Shown piece after piece: positions 21,801-31,145 of a stretch of 64,000 bases of DNA (its first letter is position 1; every line of letters begins with the position of its first letter). Both the position numbers and the translations under genes were made by a program. Source of the DNA: an uncultured cyanobacterium. GTDB lineage: Bacteria > Cyanobacteriota > Cyanobacteriia > Cyanobacteriales > CAWUOF01. The stretch spans positions 4,608,001 through 4,672,000 of the forward strand of contig CAVUSO010000001.1 in assembly GCA_963744145.1 (NCBI GenBank). The letters are read 5' to 3'. The notes under the pieces were generated by a model. The model searched no databases. It saw only the letters and a list, made by a program, of their open reading frames with translations, and was not told the origin of the DNA.

Positions 21801-24562
21801 CAGCACCAGAGGGAAAAAATATTCGTGCAGAAACTTTTGGTCTCATCGGACTCTTTTTACATCATCAGTCTCATTTACGAGAAACCCTACCAATTTATCA
21901 AGCAGGTTATCAAGCAGGTTTAGAAACAGGTAATCTCGAATTCGTTGGACATAATGGACAAGCATTTTGTTTAAATTCCTATTTATGTGGTCGTAATTTA
22001 GCAGAATTAGAGCCAGAAATTCGCGCTTATCGTCAACAATTGTTTGAACTCAATCAGATTACATCAGCAAATTATTGTTCAGTTCATTGGGAAACCGTCC
22101 TATTCCTGTTGGATAATCCCGCTCAAATTGAACTTACTTTTACCAATCAGAGTGCTGAAGAAAAACTGGTTGCTCAATCCCTGTTATCTCAGGATGCTCG
22201 GGTATTTTTCTTTTATCTCAATAGTGCTATGTTAAAATTTATACTGGGTGATATTCCTCGAGCTAAAGCTGATATTATTCGCGCTCGACAATATCTAGCA
22301 GAACGGAGTGGTACTACTTGCGAAGTTATTTTATATTTTTACGATTCTCTCATTACTCTTGCTATTGTTCCTGAGTCTAAAGCTGAATTAGAATTACAGC
22401 AACAACAAATCGAAAAAAATCAAACCAAATTGCAATTCTGGGCTGAACAAGCACCAATGAACTATTTGCATAAGTGGCAATTAGTAGAAGCAGAAAAATG
22501 TCGCATTTTAGGAGATAGATTAGCGGCGATCGACTTTTATGATCAAGCAATTCAAGGAGCTAAAGAGCATGAATTTATCCAGGAAACTGCGATCGCTTAT
22601 GAATTAGCAGCTAAGTTTTATCTATCCCAAGGTAAAGAGCTAAATGCCAAATCTCATCTCCAAGAAGCTTATTACTGTTATCAACTCTGGGGAGCAGTAG
22701 TTAAAATCAAAGATTTAGAACATCGATATCCGCAATTACTAGTCAAAACTCAAGCAAAAATTAAAGATATTAACAATCCAACTACATTAATTACAACTAC
22801 TGGGGAGAACTCTCATCTAGATATCGTCACAGTCATGAAAGCATCTTTAGCTATTTCTAGCGAAATCCTGCTGGATAAATTGCTCTCTAGTTTAATAAAA
22901 ATTGTGCTGGAAAATGCTGGAGCAGAACGGGGATATCTGATTTCACTATTGCCAGGTAAATTTCATATAGAAGTTGTCGGCAGTATTGAAAATAATCAAA
23001 TTAATGTATTATTATCCATACCAACAGAAAATTCTGATCTTTTCTCCGAAGCGATCGTTAATTATGTAGCTAGAACTAAAGAAATTGTAGTTTTAAATGA
23101 TGCAACGGAAACTGATAAATTTAACCATGATATTTATATTAAAACACATCAGCCTAAATCAATCCTCTGTCTACCATTAATTCATCAAAACAAAATTATT
23201 AGTATTGTCTACTTAGAAAATAATTTAACCATAGGAGCTTTCACTTCCGATCGCTTAGAAGTTTTAAAACTTCTATCGGGACAAGCTGCAATCTCCATTG
23301 AAAATGCCAAACTTTACAGCGAAATCCGGGAAAATGAGAACAGACTCAATCAATTTCTAGAAGGAATACCTATAGGAATATTAATTCACGCTCCCGATGG
23401 TAAACCTTTATACACTAATCGGATCGCGCAACAGCTACTTGGTCAAGGAGTGAGAGCAGATACAACCATAGAAAATTTAGCTGAAACTTATGAAATTTAT
23501 CTGACAGGTACAGATCAACTATATCCGAGCAATCAAATACCTGGAATCAGTGCATTACAAGGTAAAAATACCAGAGTAGATGATATTGAACTGCGTCACA
23601 GCGATCGGATTATTCCCATTGAAGCTTGGGGAAAACCGATTTATGATGAACAAGGTAATATTAGTTATGGAATGGGGGTATTTCAAGATATTACCGATCG
23701 CAAAAAAGCGGAAGCGGAACGACAAAGATTTACCAATGAATTATCGCAACTTAACCAAGCATATCAACGCTTTGTCCCTCGTCAATTTCTCCAATTTTTA
23801 CAAAAATCTAGCATTACTGACGTGCAATTAGGAGACCAAGTTCAACTAGAAATGTCTATCTTATTTTCTGATATTCGTGACTTTACCACCCTATCAGAAA
23901 AAATGACACCAGCCGACAATTTTAAATTTATCAATGCTTATCTGTCACGGATGGAACCTGTAATTATTGAAAATCATGGTTTTATTGATAAATATATTGG
24001 TGATGCTATTATGGCACTATTTAGCGGAGCAGCAGATCATGCGGTGAAAGCTGGAATTGCCATGTTACATCGTCTGTTTGAATATAATCAGTCTCGCATT
24101 AATTCTGGCTATATCCCAATTCAAATTGGGATTGGAATTAATACGGGAGCTTTGATGTTAGGAACAGTCGGTGGACAAAATCGCATGGATGGTACAGTGA
24201 TTAGTGATGCTGTAAATTTAGGTTCTCGAGTTGAAGGTTTAACCAAAAATTATGGAGTATCACTATTAATTACTGAACAAACTTATACGCGGTTGAGCAA
24301 TCCCCATAATTATGCAATTAGAACAATTGATACAGTACAAGTTAAAGGAAAATCTCAATTGGTGACTGTATATGAAGTTTTTGATGCTGATTCAGTCGAA
24401 ATTAAAGTCGGTAAATTAGAAACGCAGTCAACCTTTATTGAGGCTTTATCGTTGTATAATCAGGGAGAATTAACTCTAGCTATGCAATTATTTGCAGCTT
24501 GTTTAGAACATAATCCCGGCGATCGTGTAGCCCAAATCTATTTTCAGCGCTGTCAGACATAG
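18803..24562 (+). CDS. Ser/Thr kinase-AAA ATPase-GAF-PAS-class III adenylate cyclase (paralog 2)
   Basis: Same architecture as paralog 1: HKDINPSN, GSSGIGKS, FLDDWQWAD, FSDIRDFT, DKYIGDA, DAVNLGSRVE. Confidence 0.92.
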   Translation: MLNIPGFSRPTEIYESANSLVYRAIREADHQSIILKVLKEDYPTPEELARYRREYDIIKSLNSPGVVQVYDLQKYQNTLVMSMEDFGGKSLKIWLEQRPFTLAEFLPIAIATTKILGQIHTANIIHKDINPSNIVFNPENGQIKIIDFGIATQLTQETPVLKDPNILEGTLAYMSPEQTGRMNRPLDYRTDFYSLGMTFYELLTNQLPFSSNDPLELVHCQIAKLPLPPAKLNSEIPQIISEIVMNLIAKNAEDRYQSAVGIQADLEECWHQLQADQSISNFPLGRQDISSKFQIPPKLYGRDREIETLLTAFERVSLQQSELMLITGSSGIGKSKLVQEIYKPITKKRGYFISGKFDQYQRNIPYSALVTAFQELIKQLLTEPEIQLEQWRKKLLAAVGVNGQVIVEVIPEIELIIGQQPALLELDANQSQNLFHLVFQNFIKVFIKPEHPLVLFLDDWQWADGASLKLIELLLMSVMATPGLFLIGTYRDNEVSAAHPLMLTIDKIAKQGVPVNHIYLSLLDLSTVAQLISETIKSDPTKVKDLAELVLFKTGGNPFFINQFLQSLYLENLLKFDLSQSEWQWNLEQIKTCGFTDNVVDLLANKMQKLPKSTQDLLKLAACIGNLFDLKILSLISGKSLAEMVNHLHIAVSDNLIIPSHNERNRELAIILSESNISNEFSGYSLPSNFSQSIEYKFAHDKIHQATYSLIPPSERAIAHYQIGKLILAQISPTAQAEQIFTVVHQLNYGIGLIENQTERDYLAQLNLFAGRKARATSAYQTAYEYAEIGINLLDLQSWERDYEMTLKLHELGTEVASLSGKFEQMEKWFNSVINHAQTSRDKVGVTLVKIQALISQNQLLAAIAIGESMLKELGVEFPEHPTREHIQQVMLEIYDLIKQNQAREDHHQSIEDLFHLQVMVDPQKIAIMQVATRITSVYFIIGSPLFVLVVALQVNLSLQYGNSPTSAISYAAYSGCLINFFQDVKTAIQFNQLAYHLATAPEGKNIRAETFGLIGLFLHHQSHLRETLPIYQAGYQAGLETGNLEFVGHNGQAFCLNSYLCGRNLAELEPEIRAYRQQLFELNQITSANYCSVHWETVLFLLDNPAQIELTFTNQSAEEKLVAQSLLSQDARVFFFYLNSAMLKFILGDIPRAKADIIRARQYLAERSGTTCEVILYFYDSLITLAIVPESKAELELQQQQIEKNQTKLQFWAEQAPMNYLHKWQLVEAEKCRILGDRLAAIDFYDQAIQGAKEHEFIQETAIAYELAAKFYLSQGKELNAKSHLQEAYYCYQLWGAVVKIKDLEHRYPQLLVKTQAKIKDINNPTTLITTTGENSHLDIVTVMKASLAISSEILLDKLLSSLIKIVLENAGAERGYLISLLPGKFHIEVVGSIENNQINVLLSIPTENSDLFSEAIVNYVARTKEIVVLNDATETDKFNHDIYIKTHQPKSILCLPLIHQNKIISIVYLENNLTIGAFTSDRLEVLKLLSGQAAISIENAKLYSEIRENENRLNQFLEGIPIGILIHAPDGKPLYTNRIAQQLLGQGVRADTTIENLAETYEIYLTGTDQLYPSNQIPGISALQGKNTRVDDIELRHSDRIIPIEAWGKPIYDEQGNISYGMGVFQDITDRKKAEAERQRFTNELSQLNQAYQRFVPRQFLQFLQKSSITDVQLGDQVQLEMSILFSDIRDFTTLSEKMTPADNFKFINAYLSRMEPVIIENHGFIDKYIGDAIMALFSGAADHAVKAGIAMLHRLFEYNQSRINSGYIPIQIGIGINTGALMLGTVGGQNRMDGTVISDAVNLGSRVEGLTKNYGVSLLITEQTYTRLSNPHNYAIRTIDTVQVKGKSQLVTVYEVFDADSVEIKVGKLETQSTFIEALSLYNQGELTLAMQLFAACLEHNPGDRVAQIYFQRCQT

Positions 24563-24668
24563 AAACTTGGGCGTTTTGGGGCTAAAGGATTTGCCGATCG
24601 GCCCCAAGTTGACCAGATTTGCTTCTGAGCAAATAAAAATCAGATAAAAGAAACTAGAAAATCGTGGA

Positions 24669-25688
24669 ATGACTAAACAACCTGATGCAGATTACGATAG
24701 TCCTTGGAAAGAAACCCTAAACTTGTATTTTGAGCCTTTTCTGACTTTTTGTTTTCCGGAAATCTCGAAGGACATTGACTGGAGCAAAGGATATGAAACG
24801 TTAGACGCAGAATTGCAAGAAGTAGTGCGAGATGCCCAAACCGGGGATCGACTTGCAGACAAGCTAGTCAAAGTTTGGCGACTTAATCGCACCAAAGAAA
24901 CTTTATTATTGATACATATAGAGATTCAAGGAGGAGTAGATGTAGAATTTGCCAAGCGGATGTTTATCTACAATCATCGCTTATTTGACCGTTATAATCG
25001 AGAAGTAATTAGTTTAGCAGTATTAGGAGATAACCGAAAATCTTGGCGTCCTAATAATTATGGCTATAGCTTTGGCGGATTTAGCAGTCGGTTAAACTTT
25101 CCCACTGTAAAATTGCTAGACTACCAAAAAGAATGGGAAAGACTCGAACAAAGCACCAATCCATTTGCTGTCATTATTATGGCACATTTAACCGCTAAGA
25201 AAACCACTAGAGATCCACAAAAAAGATTTCAAGGAAAATTAAGCATGGTGCGGGGACTCTTTGAGCGAGGCTATGAGCGAGAGCAAATCTTGGAGTTATT
25301 CCGGTTAATTGACTGGATGATGGTATTACCAACCCAACTAGAACAGGAGTTTCGGGTCGAGTTCAGACGTTATCAGGAGGAAAAGAAAGTGCCATATATT
25401 ACCAGTATTGAACGTTTAGCCAAAGAAGAAGGTAGACAGGAAGGTAGACAGGAAGGTAGACAAGAAGGTAGACAGGAAGGTAGACAGGAAGGTAGACAGG
25501 AAGGTAGTTTACAAACAGCTCACGAAAATATTATTATTGTTTTGGAAGCCAGATTTGGAGAAATTCCAGATCCATTAAGAGCAGACCTTAATCAAATCCA
25601 AGATTTAACCCGATTAGGGCAGCTGTTAAGGAGCAGTATTGCGATCGCATCTTTAGCAGACTTTGCCCAAGAAATTTCTCCAAGTTAG
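24669..25688 (+). CDS. Rpn-like PD-(D/E)XK nuclease / putative transposase family protein with variable C-terminal tail
   Basis: DYDSPWKE...ADKLVKVW...LIHIEIQ...FAKRMFIYNHRL core; (GRQE)n linker; LEARFGEIP C-terminal domain. Confidence 0.8.
   Translation: MTKQPDADYDSPWKETLNLYFEPFLTFCFPEISKDIDWSKGYETLDAELQEVVRDAQTGDRLADKLVKVWRLNRTKETLLLIHIEIQGGVDVEFAKRMFIYNHRLFDRYNREVISLAVLGDNRKSWRPNNYGYSFGGFSSRLNFPTVKLLDYQKEWERLEQSTNPFAVIIMAHLTAKKTTRDPQKRFQGKLSMVRGLFERGYEREQILELFRLIDWMMVLPTQLEQEFRVEFRRYQEEKKVPYITSIERLAKEEGRQEGRQEGRQEGRQEGRQEGRQEGSLQTAHENIIIVLEARFGEIPDPLRADLNQIQDLTRLGQLLRSSIAIASLADFAQEISPS
25428..25507 (+). repeat. 12-bp coding tandem repeat GAAGGTAGACAG, 6 copies plus a partial copy (EGRQ repeats)
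   Basis: Directly visible; one unit ends CAA instead of CAG. Confidence 0.95.
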
Positions 25689-25788
25689 TCGCAAGGAGGG
25701 GGTGTTATTAATCCCCTCTACTTCGATTTCATTTTTCTGGGCGATCGCGATCGGCAAATTAAACCCATCAGCTACTTGAATATTTTCT

Positions 25789-26730
25789 TTAATAATTTTT
25801 TTCTATTTCTAACTCAGCTTCACGTAGCCGATCGCCAACATAACCAAGAGAATCTGTCAAATGTTTATGCCAATAATTCCAAGCTTTATCTGCTTCGGGA
25901 ACATCTTTGCCCCTATGTCCACCGGGAAATACATTAAATTCATTCATTACTCCCAAATTATCTAACTTTTGGTGAAACTCGCGGGATTCTCGCTGAAACC
26001 CATTTTCTTTTTCACCAGCATCTAAATAAATTTTCAAATTTTTGCGCTGATCTTCACTCAGACGATCAATATAAAACATTGGACTATCTTCACGACTATT
26101 TTTATCAATAAAATAACCACTATGACTAAATAGAATTGCAAAACGATGGGGTTTATGTAAACCAATATTCACTGCTCCCCAACCTCCAGAAGATAGTCCA
26201 CCGATCGCCCAGAAATGGGGTTGAGTTTTGGTCCGATAACGATGTTGTACTTCTTCTGCTAATTCATCACCGATCGCTGTGATCATCCGCTCATCAGTAT
26301 TATCTGTATAAACTGGATCTAGCGCAATACTAGAACCCCCTTTCCCATAACCATCAGGGGTAATAATAATTGCATCAGGTAACCGTTTACATTGATTAAG
26401 TTGTTGCCTCACCGCGATCGCTTGTCCTGCGGTAAACCAATTGGTAGGATTACCATGACCTCCATGTAGTAAGAAAATAACTGGGTATCTACGCTCTGGG
26501 TAATGCTGATAATCTACTGGTAACGCTACACCATAAGTGCGCGGGATACCCAGCACCTGGCTTTGATAAGTGACGAGCTGAAAATTGACATTCGTTTGGA
26601 AATCAATAATTTTTGGACAATTCCAATGTTGATGATAGATTTCCCTAAATCCTTTAGATGACCCGCTAATTACCAAAACCATGAAAAGTATTATTCCTAG
26701 TCCTACAGGATGCTTGTATTTTTCCAGCAT
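25789..26730 (-). CDS. Alpha/beta hydrolase, Fes/putative esterase family
   Basis: YPVIFLLHGG, nucleophile elbow GLSSGG, YLDAGEKE, PGGH. Confidence 0.85.
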   Translation of the reverse strand: MLEKYKHPVGLGIILFMVLVISGSSKGFREIYHQHWNCPKIIDFQTNVNFQLVTYQSQVLGIPRTYGVALPVDYQHYPERRYPVIFLLHGGHGNPTNWFTAGQAIAVRQQLNQCKRLPDAIIITPDGYGKGGSSIALDPVYTDNTDERMITAIGDELAEEVQHRYRTKTQPHFWAIGGLSSGGWGAVNIGLHKPHRFAILFSHSGYFIDKNSREDSPMFYIDRLSEDQRKNLKIYLDAGEKENGFQRESREFHQKLDNLGVMNEFNVFPGGHRGKDVPEADKAWNYWHKHLTDSLGYVGDRLREAELEIEKNY

Positions 26731-27003
26731 AAGTCAGTTGATAGCGCGTGGCTAAGGGTCAAGTTACTAGTGGTTAAGCAAACTTTATTAGATCTAAAGT
26801 TATGTTTAAGGTAAAGATTTATGGTAAATAAGCTGAAATTAGGCAAACCACACCACCAGGAACGAGAAATTCGCTCATTAAACCACATCCTGCTGTATTG
26901 TAGATGAAGTCGGTGGCGAATTTTTTCTTCGCCTCAACAGAATAGTAATCATTATTACTATCACCATCCTGTCACTATTAATTTTTCTACCTGAGTCCAA
27001 ACC

Positions 27004-28059
27004 ATGGCTACATCTGCTCCCGAATCATCATCCCTTGCACCCAGCCAATGGTGGCGGGGTTTAACTTTGGTACTTTTAGCAACTTTATTTTTATCAATCC
27101 AAAATGTTTTAGTGAGAATTGCTCAATATGATGGCAAATATCCCTTAAAAATTATCGGTGGACTAATCCCAGCCAATATATATGTTATTCCCGATCCAAC
27201 AATTCCGCTCCAAGTGCCTCTTTTAGTCCTGTTGGTGAGAATTACTTTTGTTGTTCCCCTACTCTGGAGTATGTTACCGTTGCTCAAACCAGGAGCCTGG
27301 GAAGAAGCAAGTGCTGTGGTTAAAGGTAGCGATCGCCATCTCCAATTAAGAATTATTGCCGCTGGGATATTACTATTTTTATCGCAAACAGGTACATACA
27401 TAGCCGTTTCTATTGTTGGTCCGGCTACCGCGCTGACAGTTTTCTTTATTTATCCCGTCATCACCACCTTATTAGCATGGCGATTATTTGGCGATCGCCC
27501 TTCTTGGAAACAATGGGTCGCGATCGGTTTAATTATTAGTGGCTGTACTTGGGTATTATTTAGCACTATTCCTGGTGCCAAGTTTGGTACTGATATCGTT
27601 GGGTTAATCGCTGCTGCTATAGCTGGGATTGTTTTTGCGATGGAAGGTATTATTGCTCAATCCTGCTTTAGCAAAGTCAATCCTGCTACATTTACGGGGT
27701 TAATTTTTACGGTTGAATTTGTGGTATTATTATTAGTAGATTTAACTTTTATCCATATCACTTTAAACCCCGGATTGATCATCATGGGTGGTTTACTGTG
27801 TTTAGCAACTTTATCTGGTTATTTATTTAACAATTTTGGCATTAAATCAATTGGTGCAGCGCCAACTGCTATTATTGGTTCTAGCGGTCCAGCAGTAACT
27901 GCAATTTTAGCTGTGTTAATTGTCAATGATAAAACACCTGATTGGGCAGCAATTTTTCTGGTAACTATTGGTGTGGTATTAATGAATTTAGCCAAACTCC
28001 AAAACCAACCTACAGTAATCTTATTAGATGATGATGATGATGATGATGATGATATCTAG
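27004..28059 (+). CDS. EamA/DMT family transporter
   Basis: About 10 hydrophobic helices, two EamA-like halves, poly-Asp C-terminal tail. Confidence 0.85.
   Translation: MATSAPESSSLAPSQWWRGLTLVLLATLFLSIQNVLVRIAQYDGKYPLKIIGGLIPANIYVIPDPTIPLQVPLLVLLVRITFVVPLLWSMLPLLKPGAWEEASAVVKGSDRHLQLRIIAAGILLFLSQTGTYIAVSIVGPATALTVFFIYPVITTLLAWRLFGDRPSWKQWVAIGLIISGCTWVLFSTIPGAKFGTDIVGLIAAAIAGIVFAMEGIIAQSCFSKVNPATFTGLIFTVEFVVLLLVDLTFIHITLNPGLIIMGGLLCLATLSGYLFNNFGIKSIGAAPTAIIGSSGPAVTAILAVLIVNDKTPDWAAIFLVTIGVVLMNLAKLQNQPTVILLDDDDDDDDDI
28027..28053 (+). repeat. (GAT)9 microsatellite encoding poly-Asp
   Basis: Directly visible. Confidence 0.95.
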
Positions 28060-28100
28060 TTTAAGTGAGGGATTAATTCCGAAAATTTCTCCAAAATCAA

Positions 28101-30327
28101 TTATTTAATTTGGTAAATAAAGGTCAAAGTTGCCCAAGTATTTACATCAAGAACATAATCCTCAGTGGCGATTGGATTAGTAGTTTTATTGACACTTACT
28201 TCATGTAAATCTTGTAAAATTGCTTGGACTACTTCAAAAGGTTTAAATAATACACCCATTTGTTGGGTTCCTGGGATTGGTAACATTCCTCCTGCTAATA
28301 CATTGAGAGTGTGCTGAAAAGGAGCCAAACTAAAGATAATTTGAGTTTCAACTAACCCTGATGGACCACGAATATCCCAATCTAAATCACCATAACTGGT
28401 CGGTAGGGTTAATGTTGTTCCAGGTAAAATTGGTGCTGGTTGTTGAACGGTCGCAATTTGGCTAGGGTCTTCTGGGCTATTACTACTGGATAAACGATAA
28501 AATGCGATCGCACGACCACTACTATCTAAACCTAACAACATGAAATATATTGGAATATCACTATAATTATGTAACTGATACTGAATTCGACTACCAATCG
28601 GTACAGTTGCGATCTCTGCTACTGGGGAATTAGGATGATCGGCTAAGGTACTGCGTTCAATTAAAATTTGTGGTTGCGGCAAGATTTTTGCTAAGGTTGC
28701 TCCTACTGCTAACCCCGATGAACCTTGATTAGCGGTAACACGTAATAATTTGACTGCGCGTAGTTTTTGTAAATTGGGAATCACTCGCTGGACAGCTGAT
28801 TTAACTGCTTCTCCACCTACTCCCAGAGTATTGGGAATTAATTCTTGGCCGAGAGAAAATAATCCGTAGCTACCTTGGGGAATAGCAGGTAAGGGAGTTG
28901 TAGGAGTTTGGGCGATCGGGGTTGATGGAACTCTTCCAAATACATAATCTGCTAGTTGAGGGGTTTCACTGGGGACGATCGAGGTAACATGGGCAATAGT
29001 GGCAAAAGCACTGGTTGCGTCTACTCGCTCAATTCTAGTTAAACTAGGATCAATTGCCACAACCAAATCAATTTGTCGGGGAATAATGCGAATTGATTCT
29101 CGGACTAATTGTCCAATTTTGATTTGACCATTACCAACTAAGTTTACTTGAGCGGTCAAACCATCGTGGGAGCGAACTTGCATCCCAACTGGTTCAGCGA
29201 GATCATCATTATTAATCGGTATTGAGGTGAATAGAGAATTAATACCGTAGACATCTAACAGGATTGGTGGTAATCCACCTAACCATAAGCGTGCAGTTTT
29301 CCCATCATCTCCAACGGTTTTTACTACACCCACAGCAGGTATGGGTAAGAGAGAATCAGTCAGTAGTCTGAGGTCTGTAGGAGTGAGTGTTGGGTCTACT
29401 AACGAGGGTGTCTCTGACCATACTTGTGGTACTTGGATATTACCAGTAATTTGGGCGATCGCTTCTACAGCTCGACTCAGAGAAAATTGCAATGTGGTGG
29501 GAGAAGTCGCTAACCAGAGATTTTGAGTAAAAGTATAAGTAAAAATCCCTGCACTAAAACCATTCCACTGTGCTTCCACCGCAATTTGGTTTGGTCCAGA
29601 TGCAGTTAGAATAATTCCTGAATTACCAGTTTGAGCGATCGCTTGTTGGTTCAGATCCGCTTGTAAGGTTATTTCTGCGGGATTGGGATTACCGACAGGA
29701 AGATAGGGACGAGACCGAATGCGTAAATTTCCGATCGTTCCAGATGTACTCGGAGTATAGCTAGTATCCAGGATCGCGATCGCTGTTTCAGTTTTGAGCG
29801 ATCGCCATAACGACCATAAGGTATCAAAGAGGAGATCATTAACTATCGGAGTTTCCGGAGCGATCGAACTATCTACAGGAACCAAAGAATTTTGGTATTT
29901 TTCTGGGGTTCCCTGGGGCAAATTTAGTCCATCATTAATTTTTTTGACCCGACTACCATAACCACTAAAATGGAATACCACCAAATCTCCACTCTGGGCT
30001 TGTGCAATTAAGTGAGATTGGAAAGCATCTTCAATATTTTGCCTAGTTGCTTCTTTATTGGTCAGAGTCAGAATTGCTCCCGACTCAAATCCAAACCGAT
30101 TAATTAGCAGTTCGCGCTGTAATTCCACATCGGTGGTACAACCAGCCAAAGCTGCTTCTGGATACTGATTTATACCTACCAGTAACGCTAGTTTGCGGGG
30201 AGCAGTCACAGCCAAAGCTGCTAAATGAGCCTGATCGCCCAATTGCCACCATCCAGCCTTACTAATCCCTAGGGTTACCAGTGCCCACCTGGCTTGTTGT
30301 AAAAATTCCCGTCCTGTTCAGTCCCAT
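28101..30327 (-). CDS. Pseudo-orthocaspase (peptidase C14 fold, His/Cys dyad replaced) with Tat-like leader; +1 frameshift near 30312
   Basis: RKLALLVGINQY...LAGCTTDVELQRELL; HFSGYG and LDTSY in place of HxSGHG / DxC. ATG at 30327 (AAGGA upstream) reads MGLNR and joins REFLQQ only if one base is removed. The ORF track gives only 28101..30242. Confidence 0.8.
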
Positions 30328-30537
30328 TCTCTTTTCCTTACATTCCACCCGATGCAGTAAATTTTCGGGTAGCTATGCTCGTTGATAATGCTAACTTGAC
30401 TTGACTGCTGTGGCAGTTGGGTACTGCTATAGTGGTGTTTGTTTGGATCATTCTCCGGGTTCTCATCATACCACTTATACATTGGCTAATCATCTTCAGT
30501 ATGGGGAAATTTTAATTTTTATTTTAAATTTCACATT

Positions 30538-30984
30538 TTATTCTGTTTGACCACAGCTCCCTGGAGCTTTCAGCGCAGCTTCATCCAGACATTGAGTAAT
30601 TTCTGCACCCCATCCTGACTGATAACTGATGTTAGCTAAGGCATTTAAAAGAGCAGCTTGGCTAAATCCTGCTGCTTCCAGCTTAATGAAAAAATCTTTA
30701 ATTTGCTGATTTAATAATTCCTCATCAGCTTCCCAAGCAATCAATTGGCGAGTCGCAACCAAGCAATCTTCAGCTAATTCATAAACGATCCCATGATCAG
30801 CAGATATCCTTTCACTTATTTTGCGATAGAAACCTTGCCAGAGAACTGATTTTCCATAAAATTCCTCATCTTCAGGAGCGCGACGAATCTCAATGATTCT
30901 ATCCCGAAAAATCTCGACATAGCCAATTTGGCCAACTTTTACCGCAGGGGGATCGCACTTTTGTCCAGATACTTCATTCATCAC
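30538..30984 (-). CDS. Hypothetical protein
   Basis: 148-aa ORF filling the gap on the same strand as its neighbours; no recognised motif. Confidence 0.6.
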   Translation of the reverse strand: MMNEVSGQKCDPPAVKVGQIGYVEIFRDRIIEIRRAPEDEEFYGKSVLWQGFYRKISERISADHGIVYELAEDCLVATRQLIAWEADEELLNQQIKDFFIKLEAAGFSQAALLNALANISYQSGWGAEITQCLDEAALKAPGSCGQTE

Positions 30985-31102
30985 TACATCCTTCGGCGAT
31001 TTTTACCAGCGCTGAATGCTTTGGATCAACAAAATTGCTAATTTTTGGTAGCCTAATAATATAAATTCTCAAATTACCAATTACCAGCTCTAAAAAATAC
31101 TT

Positions 31103-31132
31103 GGTGGTGAATCTAGCTAATTTTCACCACCA
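31103..31132 (-). terminator. Hairpin just downstream of sat
   Basis: GGTGGTGAA...TTCACCACC inverted repeat. Confidence 0.45.
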
Positions 31133-31145
31133 TGACCCAAAAATC

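Noticed and set aside
17755..23831. Similar alternate-frame ORFs in both cyclase paralogs (17755..17937 and 23580..23831)
   Set aside because: The similarity follows directly from DNA identity of the host genes; no evidence for overprinting
25428..25507. 12-bp repeat as a CRISPR or iteron array
   Set aside because: No spacers; it encodes the typical EGRQ linker inside a CDS
26703..26888. 61-aa ORF upstream of the esterase
   Set aside because: Unnatural composition, overlaps the esterase start and lies in a divergent promoter region
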